A stretch of 64,000 nt of DNA, from positions 72,230,001-72,294,000 of the forward strand of contig NC_043005.1 of the NCBI RefSeq assembly GCF_006345805.1, given 5' to 3'. Positions 28,366 to 41,300 of this stretch are shown here, piece after piece; positions within the stretch are counted from its first letter, which is position 1; each line of letters begins with the position of its first letter. This stretch comes from Octopus sinensis (Eukaryota). The translations under genes and the position numbers were made by a program. A model generated the notes under the pieces. That model was not told the origin of the DNA. It did no database searches and was given only the letters and a program-made list of their open reading frames with translations.

Positions 28366-28616
28366 AATACCTATATATATATATATACGTACACATACAC
28401 ATGCAAGCCAAACATTGCTGTAACACAGAAATACACTTCATAATATATATATAAATAAATATATATATATATGGAACAGTAGTCTTTTGAATACATTTAA
28501 AAAAGTTCTAGTTTGTTCATTTCTAAAGTTTGAAAATAGAAAATTTAAACATTACTTCTTAAAATTAACTTAATTAAATCCATGTAATCATTTTGTTTTA
28601 ATTTTCTCTCTTTCAG

Positions 28617-28864
28617 CTGTCCGTTTGACTACGTCAAAATATATGACGGGTACAGTAAAGAGGATCCTGTCATTGGAGTATTCTGTGGACATTACAAGAA
28701 CTTGACATTATTCTCTTCAAAGGAAGCACTTTATATTGAATTTAAAACTAGAAGTGGACGAGTCAGTTTTGACCACCATGCATTTGATGCAAATGCTGAT
28801 TTTAAGTTTGAACGAAGAGGTTTCAATATCACTTATGAATTTAGTAAACGTTTCGTAAATCTAA
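28617..28864 (+). CDS. sol-1: Internal exon encoding part of a CUB domain; best resemblance is to suppressor-of-lurcher (SOL-1)-like multi-CUB proteins
   Basis: Acceptor ttttctctctttcag, donor gtaagt; 248 nt (1+246+1). Reads CPFDYVKIYDGYSKEDPVIGVFCGHYKNLTLFSSKEALYIEFKTRSGRVSFDHHAFDANADFKFERRGFNITYEFSKRFVNL, with the CUB hallmarks C.FDYV.IYDG, G.FCG, L.IEF and RGF..TY. The CUB call is firm; SOL-1 orthology is from memory of the RRGF..YEFS..FV.L ending and is less certain. Confidence 0.85.
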
Positions 28865-28950
28865 GTAAGTAAACCTTTTATTTTCAACTTATTTGCTTGT
28901 CTTTCTTTCAGATCTTCTTTACTTATCTCTTTCATCATTTTTCTTCAATG

Positions 28951-29510
28951 TATTGGGTTGTCCGGAAAGTTCATGCTAATTTTTAAAGGAAAGAAAAAGG
29001 TCAATAAATACTTCCCATTAAATTTTTGATCAACCAAATATGAACCATTTTGTAGCACAATGTGTCTCCATCTTTCCTTTAACTTGAAAATACCCTCTTC
29101 CCAGAATTGAGGTGGTTTTGTGGCAAAGAATACATCAAGGTATCTTTTTACGTTATCCAAGGAATTGAAATTCTTACCATTAAGACTATTCTGCAGAGAC
29201 CTGAATAAGTGGAAATCTAAAGGAGCAATATCTAGTGAATATGGAGGGTGGGGTAACACATCCCAGCTGAACTGCAGCAATTTTAGTCTGATTCCCAAAG
29301 CATCAAGTGCTGAAAATGAACTTTCTTATCTTCTATTTTAAAGTGTTACAGAATTAACACAGGTTATAGGAACATAAACCTTTTCCCACGAAAAGATAGC
29401 TTAAACTGTGCTCTAAATGATGGTGTAGTCAAATCTTATTTTATGGACTCAAGCATAAGTCGAAAGGTAAGCTACTATAAATCTGCACAAACTTTCCAGA
29501 CAACCCAATA
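28951..29510 (-). mobile_element. Internally deleted mariner (Tc1/mariner) transposon
   Basis: 26-bp TIRs including the TA TSD (tattgggttgtccggaaagttcatgc, 3 mismatches). The N-terminal start (EDKKVHFQHLMLWE) is joined to the C-terminal WDVLPHPPYSLDIAPLDFHLFRSLQN...W..V..NG.Y segment. Confidence 0.9.
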
Positions 29511-31205
29511 TTTTGTAAACAACAATTTTATTCATAATATTGCATCAGATGTACTGTAGCTTTGAGTTGACCAATGCCTTGTGAGTGACTTTGGTGAAGA
29601 AAAACTAGAGAGTGGTTTACTTTTTACTAAGAACTACTTCTATATTTCTTGCTACACTTTTGTACTCGTTTTGAAAGAATCTTGACATGAATTCATGTCT
29701 TGAAACAAATTTTGTCGTGCCTTGTTGCGATGAAAGGATTGTGACTACAAACAAACAAGTGATCAATTGTTTAACCATCATATTAATCAAGCAATTAATT
29801 AATTAATTAGTTAGATATTTAACCTATTTACTAACAATAAAGAAGTAAACCTGAACCTGTGCATATGTTACTCCTGTATTTGTCTCACTGAAAGATGACA
29901 TCAGTATTACTCCATCCAAGGACACACGTTCGCTGTTACTTTGGTTAATTTTCCTCCTAATTAACAATATTATAGCATTTCCTGTTACATTCCATAGTTG
30001 CTGATTATTTTCATTTTCACTATTTACTCATAGGATGGATTTGCATTGACTAACACATTCAAAGGTCTTTTCATTTTCTGATTCAGCTATTTTCTTATAC
30101 CCATAATTTAGAATTTGTTCATAAACTCTATTAACAAGCAGCACTGCCTTCCTTTAAGACATAATGAATTCTATTGTAGCCTGAAACTATTTATCTTTAG
30201 TATCATTTTGTGGTTCATTTTATCCAGTTAATACTGACCAGTCCATGCTTGATCTGTTATTTATATCTGTTATGTATAGAATGTTGTTAGTTTCCTCTAA
30301 TGGAAGTTTTTGCTATCATAGTCTTTCCGTCAGTATCTGAACAATGAATACATCACAGATAACATTCATCTTTAGAAGGTAATGGTTTTGTCTCATGTCA
30401 CACATGATTGTCTTTAGGCCATGTAAGTATCACATATCCTCAGTTTTACTAAAACGAAGATCGTCTTTATTTCATGGAAATATCTGACAACAAATCAATC
30501 ATATTTCTTTTGTGTGTAATGGAAATATATATATATATATAATATGTCAGACATTATAATCTTACAAAATGATGGTGTAGAGTATCACTGACATTTTCAT
30601 CTGCAGACATCAAGTACAAAAAAAGCAATTGTTAACTTTGCATTGTTCGGTTGATATTCTGTATACGTAGAGTACAAAACTTCTAATGGTCATACCAGGT
30701 AAAATTCTATTTTTCAAAAGATAATGCTCTTTTCAACTACTTCCAAACAATCCAAACACTTGCTGTTATAATGTTATCCTAAGTTTCACCTTAAAGTATT
30801 CTTCTGTACTAAATCATTATTTTGTGTTAATAACACTAAATTACCTTTACAAAAATGGAAATGTCCTTTTACTTATCAGGAAATTCATCCAATTTATATT
30901 CTTTCTTTTTATTAAATAAAATGAGTTTCTTTGTCATTATGCATGTGTATGTGTGTGTGCATATCATAGATGTATATATGTATGTACGTAAGTATGTATG
31001 TCATTGTTCTGTTTTATTTCAAGATTTCTTGCCAATAGAGAAAGAGAGAGTTTCTAACCTAGATTGAAGGCTCCTTCATTGGAATTTTAACATCAATAAC
31101 AGGGTATTTTTGTTTGTATGTATCTATATCTGCAGATTTTTATGCATTGCTTTATGTATGTATTTTCATGCATATAGTTGCATATCTAGACATACTCATA
31201 TATAT

Positions 31206-31830
31206 TTAAATGATAAACTTCTGGAATGTTTTACAGATTTTTACAGTTCCAGTTCGAATCAGCTTTCTCCTTTCTGGTTTTGAGAAGCCTACTTTCTCAA
31301 GATTGGTATTTAGGCAATGTGTTACATATCCCAGGACCCCAATAATTACAGGTATAAACCTGATCATATTATCTGGATAGACTAACTTCAGATTTCTCAA
31401 TAGTTCAGCATAGGTGTTCCCTTTTTCACTGATCTTCAGCTTTATGTTAACATCTGCTGGGTAGATAATTTTCACAACTATGCATAGTTCCTCTTCTCCA
31501 TCCCAAATCATTATATCAGATCTGTTGGGTTTATATTTTATTGAGATCTTCACTAGGACATTCCACCAGTACTCCTTGTTATTATGAGTGGCTATGGCTT
31601 CTACCAAACTGTGGTTCTTATTTCTTTGTCCTCAGGGTTATCCCTCCGACAGATTTCATTATAGAGTGTTCTAGCTACAACATAATGTTTGCCACTTTGG
31701 TAGATAATACTGCAATGACATTTTTCAGACAACTGCTTATGATGTGGGTGATATCTTCCTGTGAACTCCACAAAGTCTTCATCAGTTGTCACATTTTACT
31801 GCTTTTCCTGTATCTCTATCCCTTTTGTAC
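31206..31830 (-). mobile_element. Degenerate R4/Dong-like (RLE-type) non-LTR retrotransposon, 3' ORF fragment
   Basis: Remnant CCHC knuckle (RLCGVHR.DITHII..C) followed by WWNV.V...NRSDIMIWD...CIVV.I.YP.D...EK.NTY.EL...IPVIIGVLG...GT.KI.KTF, the restriction-like endonuclease domain pattern; frameshifted. Confidence 0.75.
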
Positions 31831-32169
31831 ATCAAACACCATGTATGTATGTATCTATGTGTGTATGTAAGTATGTATGTATGAATGTACATAGTGTACA
31901 TATGTATGTATCTATGTATGTATGAATGCATTTGCCAGAAGATTTCAAATGCTAGATTTTAGAATGTGATTCTTCATGCGTGGGTTTTACAACTGATTTA
32001 TGAGAATTTCTTAGAAACCATATTACAAAATATGTTTTCTTAAAACAGTCTCACCAGTTCTTTTATCCGTTGTTCATTGTCAGTACATGTGCACTTAATA
32101 TTTCTTTGAATTTTAAAATTCTTAAAATGCATGTTTGTTGATTTATGAAAGAAATATTTGAGGCAGTCA

Positions 32170-32792
32170 GCCATTAAAACTTTCGGCATTTAAATTAACC
32201 ATATCCAGCCCAAATATTATACCTGCTTCATGTCCAAACTGGCCATATCCAGCATCTGGCACCCACCCTACAATGTAATTCTGAAAATATACAGTCACAT
32301 CACTGAAATCTCAAAACTACAAGATAATGCATAACTAATTCAAAATAATGTGAGGCTTCCCAACCACATGGTTTTGGGTTCAGTCCCACTGCGTGGCACT
32401 TTGGGCAAGTGTCTTCTATTATATTCTCAGGCCAACCAAACCTTGTGAGTGGATTTAGTAGACAGAAACTGAAAGAAGCCTCATGTGTACAGACACACAC
32501 ATACACACACACACACACAACTACACATACACACACATATATATATTTATATGTTTGTATGTCTTTGTCTCTGGGTTTTCCCTGTAACTTAGCCTTTTGG
32601 CAAAATAGACCAAAAGAATAAGTTCTAGGCTTATGAAGAATAAGTCCAAGTCCTAGGATCAATTTCTCTGACCAAAACCCTTTAAGACAGTGTTCCAGCA
32701 TAGTTGCAGTCAAACAACTGAAATGTGTAAAAGAATAAAAGAAGAAATAGATATTACATTTGAGCAAGTAATCTGAATGCCAAACAGTTAAA
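32170..32792. mobile_element. piggyBac-like MITE interrupted by SINE B (32356-32745); a related copy lies at about 33095-33313
   Basis: Both copies share ctggccata(t)ccagc..., aaatctcaaa.cta..a.ataatg...taattcaaaa.aatgtga and a ctgaatg.caaa..gttaa end. Confidence 0.55.
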
Positions 32793-34567
32793 CTGTAAAG
32801 TTGAATTTCATGGTAATTCTAGTAATGATACTAAATATCTTGCAAAAAACAGAATTGGTTATTTTCTGCAAATCACTTTGCTTCAATAAACTTGACATGC
32901 CTCAAGAAAAAATAGTCCCAAACAGGACATTCCTCTACAAAAGATAGATTGGTATATAAAACTACTTTCCACAGTTAAGGGTAATGAATTTTTAAGTGGC
33001 TATTTCTGATTTGCACAGTAATAGAGTTAAGACCACACAATTTGAGGAGGGGAGATAATTGCCTGAATCAAGAATTCTATTACACTCGCATGCCATTAAA
33101 CATTAATTTAAACTGGCCATGTTCAGCCCAAATGTTCTTGTTTTATGTTCAAACTATCCAGGTATGACCTGTTGCATTTACCCTATAACATCATTCTAGA
33201 AATAAGCAATTACATCATCAAAATCTCAAAGCTATGAAATAATGTGAGATTAATTCAAAACAATGTGAATAAGTATCACAATAACCAGAGTGATCTGAAT
33301 GGCAAATGGTTAAGAAAAATGAAAGGCTTAGTGATTTGAATCAGTTTTTATGTGAATGTGATTTGAACTTATGAGACAATTAGTGTTCCAGTTGGCCTAC
33401 TTTTGATTCTTGATTAGCACCAATCCAACTAAAGTTCCTGAGAAAAGAATAAAGACTGCTTAATATTATTTCCCTTATCTTATAAATTTGTCACATTATG
33501 CCTAAGTAAGAAATCAATATTGATTTAAAATCACCTCCATGTCAAGGATATTCATTAGATATTAGTGTAATTTCCAGAATCTGCTACAGTAATTTTTTTT
33601 TTTTTTCTATTTTTCAAATATTTTATCTTCTTTTTGTTTTGGGGTAGTACTTTATTTTATGAACTATTTCTATTGTTAAATTGAAAAATTATTTAGATTT
33701 GTCTGTTTCTGTTATATTTTGTATGATTTTCTATGGTAAGTTTCTCTTTCTCATACCTATTCTGTATATTTGTCTTTGCCTTCCTGAAATAAAAAGCTAG
33801 TTTGAGGTTTAGCATTGTAATAAATTTGTTTTTTAATTTTAGACAAATTCCATAGTTTATTGAGATGCAATTCTCTGTAGAGAACTATCTCTCTTTGAGG
33901 AGATTTCATTAGCAGTATTTATTAATTGAGTAATCATTGTATGAATTCTAAATAAATAGATTTCATGTTCTTTAACATGTCATTGACTACACATTTTCAA
34001 CTGAGAATTTTTGCTTTTATTTGAATAACACCAAAGCACTAACAATAGGTGTAAAACACTCAGAAATATAAAGATGAAATAATCATCTTTAAAACTGAAG
34101 TTAATTAAAACTTCTCTAGTAATAATCTGAATTAACTACAAAAGTGACTTGGCACTTCTTTTGTCAACTTCCAAATTAGTTAGCAGCACTGATATAATCA
34201 TCTACGTTTCCAGTTATTCTTATTTTCTAACTCAAGCTCTTTTACATTATATTATGAACTATATAAGATTTCTATCAGTGGATTATAATAGAAAACAAAA
34301 AAATATATGGATCATTTTACTTCTCTGTCTTCTGTCAGTGTTATTGAGATGTTCTGAGAAAAATGAGAACCTAATAAATTATGTAAGTAATTATATAGAA
34401 GAAAAAAAATCTACTTCAATTTATTTGCTTTATTGAAGTAACTGGTTGTCCCAACCATAGGGTCATAGGGTCGATCATACTAGCATGTCAGTAGCTGGGA
34501 AAATTATATCTTACATTAAATTTGAACTATTGAAGGACAGTATTAGATGACTAGAAATATGCGAACA

Positions 34568-34950
34568 TAGGCACAGGAGTAGCTGTGTGGTAAGTACTTT
34601 GCTTACCAACCACATGGTTCCGGGTTCAGTCCCACTATGTGGCACCTTGGGCAAGTGTCTTCTATTATAGCCTTGGGCCGACCAAAGCCTTGTGAGACTG
34701 AAAGAAGCCCGTCGTATATATGTATATGTATATATATGTGTGTTTGTGTGTGTGTTTGTCCCCCAACATTGCTTGATAACTGATGCTGGTGTGTTTAGTC
34801 CCCGTAACTTAGTGGTTTGGCAAAAGTGACTGATAGAATAAGTACTAGGCTTACAAAGAATAAATTCTGGGGTTGATTTGTTCGACTAAAGGCAGTGCTC
34901 CAGCATGGCCACAGTCATATGACTGAAGCAAGCAAAAGAGTAAATGAAAT
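34568..34950 (+). mobile_element. SINE family B
   Basis: Head, internal microsatellite and tail all present. Confidence 0.85.
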
Positions 34951-35267
34951 AAAGACCAAATTTCAAACAAGCACCTTCTCAGGATTTGTCACCACCATGA
35001 GTGTTTTAACATCCACTTTTCCATTCTTGTATGGGCCAAATGGAACTTGATGAGCGCATTGTCTATGGTTGAATGCCCTTTCTGTCACCAAGTCTTACCT
35101 GCTTCTAAATAAGGTAATACTTCCCATAATCAGATATATTTTCATGGGAGATTGGAAATGATGGACATTGCTCAAATTGCAATATAGTGGGATGGAAATT
35201 CACCACAGTCTATATATTCAGCTGTAACACTAGTGATGCAACCACATATATGTATATATGTGTATAT

Positions 35268-35670
35268 ATTACTCTTTTTCTCTTTTACTTGTTTCAGTCA
35301 TTTGACTGCGGCCATGCTGGAGCACCGCCTTTAGTCGAGCAAATTGACCCCGGGACTTATTCTTTGTAAGCCCAGTACTTATTCTATCGGTCTCTTTTGC
35401 TGAACCGCTAAGTGACAGGAAAGTAAACACACCAGCATCGGTTGTCAAGCAATGCTAGGGGGACAAACACAGACACACAAACACATACATATATATATAT
35501 ACATATATACGACAGGCTTCTTTCAGTTTCCGTCTACCAAATCCACTCACAAGGCATTGGTCGGCCCGGGGCTATAGCAGAAGACACTTGCCCAAGATGC
35601 CACACAGTGGGACTGAACCCGGAACTGTGGATGGTTAGCAAGCTACTTACCACACAGCCACTCCTGCACC
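35268..35670 (-). mobile_element. SINE family B
   Basis: Reverse complement of family B; inverted relative to the copy at 34568. Confidence 0.85.
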
Positions 35671-35714
35671 TATATATATACACATATATATATATATATA
35701 TTTTTTTTTTTCAT

Positions 35715-35932
35715 AATGTAACTGTATGTGAATCGTTGGTGATCTTTTTCCTCCATCTTCCTCTTCTCCAGGACTTTGCTCTATCTCCTGTTTCTGCAGA
35801 AGAGCTTTGCTCAAAATGCAAAACTAAATTTCTTTCCTTCCCTGGGTGTCTGTTAATACTTTGCATGTACCACGTCCTCACATTGTTGCTTTTTTCTTGT
35901 AGTGTCTTTTCTTCATTTTTGGGGGATTAATT
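35715..35932 (+). mobile_element. Penelope-like family P2 copy with heavily degenerate HHR
   Basis: gttt-CTGCAGA-agagctttgctc-AAAATGC-aaaac; ends ggattaa-(TA)n. Confidence 0.55.
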
Positions 35933-36226
35933 ATATATATATATGTGTGTGTGTATATATATATATATGTATACATGCATATAGATATACATATATATAT
36001 TTATATATATACACGCACACACTCTCTCTTTCTCTCACACACATACATGTGTATATATATATGTGTTTATGAGTGTGCATAGTGTCCTAGCTTTATCAAG
36101 CAAAATTTAATAAGTTGTAAATGAAACATCTGCATGCTGGTCATAAATACATTTGTTAGCATTTAACATCATCTTCAGCTTTTATTCACCACTGGGTTCT
36201 CATTAACACATAACCTTTAATATACA

Positions 36227-36276
<50 letters not shown>

Positions 36277-36385
36277 CACACATATACACTAACATATATG
36301 AACACACCCACCCACACACATACACACATATATATGTGTGTGTATATATATATATATATATTTTTTTTTTATATATATATTTATA

Positions 36386-36427
<42 letters not shown>

Positions 36428-36428
<1 letters not shown>

Positions 36429-37792
36429 CCCAACTAATTAGAGAGAGAGTTAGTTTAGATGAGATGCAGTTTGGGTTTGTCCCAGGGAAAAGCACCACTG
36501 ATGCTATATTCCTGGTAAGGCAGCTGCAGGAGAAATACCTAGCCAAAGATAAGCCCCTGTACCTGGCTTTCGTTGACATGGAGAAAGCCTTTGATAGGGT
36601 CCCCCGATCCCTCATCTGGTGGTCAATGAGGAAACTAGGGATAGATGAATGGCTGGTGAGGGCTGTGCAAGCCATGTACAGAGATGCCGTAAGTAAGGTT
36701 AGAGTTGGCAGCATGTACACAGAAGAATTCAAGGTAGAGGTTGGGGTCCACCAGGGTTCAGTACTCAGCCCCCTCCTATTTATCATAGTCCTCCAGGCAA
36801 TTGTGGAGGAATTCAAGACAGGTTGCCCCTGGGAGCTCCTCTATGCTGACGACCTCGCTCTAATCGCTGAGTCACTATCAGAACTGGAGAAGTTCCAGGT
36901 GTGGAAGGAGGGTTTAGAATCGAGGGGCCTTAGAGTCAACCTAGCTAAAACCAAAGTACTAATAAGTAGAAAGTTAGAAAATCCACAAATATCCTCAGGA
37001 AGATGGCCCTGCTCGATCTGTAGAAAAGGTGTAGGTAGAAACTCTATAAGATGTACCCAGTGTAAGCTATGGACACATAAGAGGTGCAGCAATATCAAAG
37101 GTAGGCTAACTGGGAAGATAGTTTTTGTATGTGGCAGATGCTCTGGAGCATTGACCTCCGAAAATCTGCAGAAAACAACTTCCGTCACTTTCCGGGGGGA
37201 AAAACTAGAAGTAGTTGATAGCCTCCGCTATCTAGGTGACCAAGTCAGTAGTGGGGGCGGGTGCGCTGAAAGTGTAACTGCTAGAATAAGAATAGCCTGG
37301 GCAAAGTTTAGGGAGCTCTTACCTCTGCTGGTGACTAAAGGCCTCTCGCTCAGAGTAAAAGGCAGACTGTATGATGCATGTGTACGAACAGCTATGCTAC
37401 ATGGCAGTGAAACATGGGCCGTGACTGCTGAGGACATGCGTAAGCTCGTGAGGAACGAAGCCAGTATGCTCCGATGGATGTGTAATGTCAGTGTACTTAC
37501 TCGACAGAGCGTTAGTACCTTGAGAGAAATGTTGTACCTAAGAAGCATCAGTTGTTGTGTGCAAGAGAGACGATTGTGCTGGTATGGTCATGTGGCGAGA
37601 ATGGATGAAGATAGGTGTGTGAGAAAGTGCCAATCCCTAGCAGTTGAGGGAACCCGTGGAAGAGGTAGACCCAGGAAAACCTGGGACGAAGTGGTGAAGC
37701 ACGACCTTCGGACGTTAGGTCTCACCATGGAAATGACTAGAGACCGAGACCTTTGGAAGTATGCTGTGCGTGAGAAGACCCGGCAAGACTAG
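36428..37792 (+). CDS. RTE reverse transcriptase ORF, C-terminal part (no start codon; truncated)
   Basis: Motifs [51 protein letters not shown] and [11 protein letters not shown]...GRGRPRKTW. The N-terminal YI run in the ORF track is microsatellite. Confidence 0.9.
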
Positions 37793-38353
37793 TGAAGCCA
37801 TAATCCGTGGCCCCTACCTGGGACGTAGTCAGTCCACCTGTGCATACCTTCCTTCTTGTGACACTTGTGAAGACCTGTTGAGGCAAGTGAGAATCGAATC
37901 GAATCAAATCAAATCAAATCGAACCAAATCAAAATAGATGAACATCAATGGAATTTGTATCCTTGTGGTACCAGTGCCGGTGTCACATAAGAAAACCATC
38001 CGAACGTGACCGTAGCCAGTACCGCAACGACTGGCCTCCGTGCTGAGGGCACGTAACAAACACCATCCGAGCGTGGCCGTCCGCCAGCCCCGTCTGGCAC
38101 CTGTGTCGGTGGCACATAAAAAACACCATCCGAGCATGGCCGTCTGCCAGCCTCGTCTGGCACCTGTGTCGGTGGCACATAAAATCACCCACTACACTCT
38201 CGGGGTGGTTGGCGTTAGGAAGGGCATCCAGCTGTAGAAACACTGCCAGATCTGACTGGCCTGGTGCAGCCTTCGGGCTTGCCAGACCCCAGTTGAACCG
38301 TCCAACCCATGCTAGCATGGAAAGCGGACGTTAAACGATGATGATGATGATGA

Positions 38354-38357
<4 letters not shown>
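36428..38357 (+). mobile_element. 5'-truncated RTE-clade LINE inserted in a (TA)n tract
   Basis: Open RT ORF, then a 3' UTR of about 560 bp ending ttaaac(gat)n; TA repeats on both sides. Confidence 0.95.
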
Positions 38358-38392
<35 letters not shown>

Positions 38393-41300
38393 GTATGTTT
38401 TTATATATTATATATATATATATATGTGTGTGTGTATGTGTGCGTGTGTGTTGGAAAGTGAAGTAAATGTCTTCATTAATATTAACCGAACATCTGGTAG
38501 GAATTGTTAGTTATAGAAAGGAAACAAAGAAAAATACCATTTTTTAAGAAAGAAAAGTAAGAAATGGAGCATTGTCTGATGGGAATTGATAGGGTAATGT
38601 TTAAGGTTAGAGGTGGTTGATAAAAGAAATGGTTTCATTAAAAGTGGAGTCAATATCTATGCAGGTGTATACATTGTGTATCAACAGTGAGATCTTTTAG
38701 TCCATTGTATTTAGCTTTAGGTGGCAATTTAGCAGAGTCATTAATAGATTGGATAGAATTCTTTCTCATATTTGTTATGACTCTCAAAGTTCTGAGTTCA
38801 AATCCCGCTGGAAACATCAACTTTGATTTCATCCTTTTTATACGAATAATAAAGAGTCAATCAAATGCCGTGGGTTGGCTAGACTATAAATATGTTCAAA
38901 CAATATCTGCTCTCCAGTTTAACACCACTATCTGGCACCTCGAGTGCTTTTAGCAGAATGCCCTGTCAAAAACATCCCGACTTAGTCTCCACTTTGAGGA
39001 TATCTTTATCTCACCTGTCTTGCAACCTCTGTAAATGGTCATGAGCATTGCTTGCTTGCTTCCTTTCAGGAGAGCATGTGCATATCATATTAAAAGAAAA
39101 GCTCTGTATTAGAATCAATGGGAGAGAGGAGTTTATGCAGCAGAGCAGTAGATTATTGAGCTTCACATTTAGTTTTATACCTCTGAATTTGAGTTTAAAT
39201 TCCTCTGGGTGATTGTGCATCAGTAGAGTACATAAAACAATTACCAGTCGTACATCATAGTCGATTCTGTTGCCTGTTTTTTCCCTTCTTTGCTACAACT
39301 TTTGACCTAGTACTTAGCAAAGATAAATCAATATAAACAGCAAAATTCTTGGTTTTGGCTATGATTTTCCAAAGTTTGCAATCAGTAATGTGTCATGTAT
39401 AAAAGAAGGTCACTAGCAGATTTGGCATTTTGGAATCCATATCAGAAATCACTGCAAAGTGGGTGATTCATGGCATTAAAGAAGATAATCGTTAATAATA
39501 ATTTTCTTTACTGTAGAAATGTTGGAGGCAGAATGTGTCAGAATGGTCTCCTATCTTCTAGATTAATTATTCCTTGATTTTTATGATATTAAATTTCCTA
39601 TTTTATAATAATGAGAGACCCCCAAGTATATCCTTGCCTGATATTTCTGATATAAATTGCCAATTTTATTGAATACCTTAAACCGTTTGCAGCAATATAT
39701 AATGTTTGAAAGGAAACTATAAATGAATCATAAAGTTGTTTATGCTTGTGTCTTTATATGTGATTATAGTGAAAAGGAAACATCAGATTTAACAATTTCA
39801 ATTCCATGGGGATTATTTGTTGTAAAATCGATATATTTATTACAGGTTATCAAGTGAAATGTCAGAAAATATCAATAGAAGCATTCTTTTAGTTTTACTT
39901 AATATAGTCTCAGCTATAATAAACAAAATAGTTATGATGAGCTTTCTTTTCATTTTTTTTTTCTCTCTCTCATGTTTATATGTAATTTTTAAAAATATCT
40001 GCTTCAGAAGAAGAAACATAAGGAACGTCTCAAATTTATGACCAAACAAAATCTAGCAAAGTTTGAAAATTATATAGTAACTGACATAAATTTTTTTTGT
40101 TTTTTTCCTTTTATTGTTACCGCAAAGATTTGTTTTTGCTTTTGTTTTTTGATAAATATATTTTTCAAACTCACATATAATAAGTGGTTTATAAATTGGC
40201 ATTTTTAGTTGTATTTCACTGTTGTTGTTTATTAAAGTTTACAGATATCATATTCTGCTCCCATTATGTTGTAAATCCATTCCTCTGCTTTAGATATCTA
40301 GCAGTCTTTTATATTTCTGCTGTGATCAATGTGTAATAGAAAAGATAGAGAATAGATTGTGTTAGTTCCATCCAGATACAATATTAGAATTAGTATTGAA
40401 AATCATGCATGACATATTCAGCATTGGCAGAAATTCTGTGAACTGTAATGAAACTGTGAACTGAAGGATAGACCCATATTCATATTGGTAAAGAAGCTTC
40501 GATGCCATAATCTATGGTAAGCCTTCCGAATATCTCGGGGTCATAGACCATTTGCAATTGATATATAAGTAAAGGGCCACTGGAAAATAGTAAGGAAAGA
40601 GATTCTAGTTGTTTGACGAGGTTAATAATAGTTTCTATCTGCTTAGATATGTTTAAAATCAAAGAATTTGATAGCAAGATGGTGGGTGAAAGGTTATATT
40701 TTTCTGAAGGTAAACAGGTCACAGAGTTCTATTTTCCAACATTTCCGGAGAGATATTTGTGAACAGAGCAGCGAAAAATTAAAAGAGTTTGCAAATGGCT
40801 GGGAATAGGTCATAGATGTAATGTTTGATGGTTGTCTACCCGATTCCAAATGGATTAGCAGATTTATTAGTTTTGAAGAAGTTGGTTTTCTGAGCATTGT
40901 ATTGAGAGTTTGGGCATAGTATCAGGATAGCAATTATAAAGATGATTTTATGGTTCTTTATGAGAAGTTAGACATAAAAATATTAGGTAACATCTGTAAG
41001 TTTGGTGTTTGCAGTATTTCTATTCAATTAGGATTGGAAGCACTACAAACTACCAAGCATTATAAGGTTATATTATTAGAAGAAAAGGATATTCACAGAA
41101 GTTATAAGAAATTAGATTTTACAACTGGATATTTGGACATCAGAATCCAAACGTGTATTATTGTTGTTGGAACATTACATCAGACAGTTTTTCCTTATCA
41201 TTTTCTCTTCGCTAATATAACACTGAAGCATGGCATATTATTCCAATTAAGTTAGTTACATGTATAAAGCTTGAAAGATTTTTTTTATTATCTCTTAGAA

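Noticed and set aside
33690-33742. Strong gtaagt donor as the next CUB exon
   Set aside because: The implied peptide (NLSVSVIFCMIFY) is not CUB-like and the acceptor is weak.
37970-38190. Repeated 60-65-bp units as a possible CRISPR array
   Set aside because: There are no unique spacers, the context is a eukaryotic LINE 3' UTR, and no cas genes are present.
36289-38318. Minus-strand ORFs over the LINE
   Set aside because: They are antisense shadows of the RTE ORF and its 3' UTR.
40420-41260. Coding-like composition with several short ORFs
   Set aside because: No recognisable domain in any frame and multiple stops. It may be an old TE, but blastx is needed.
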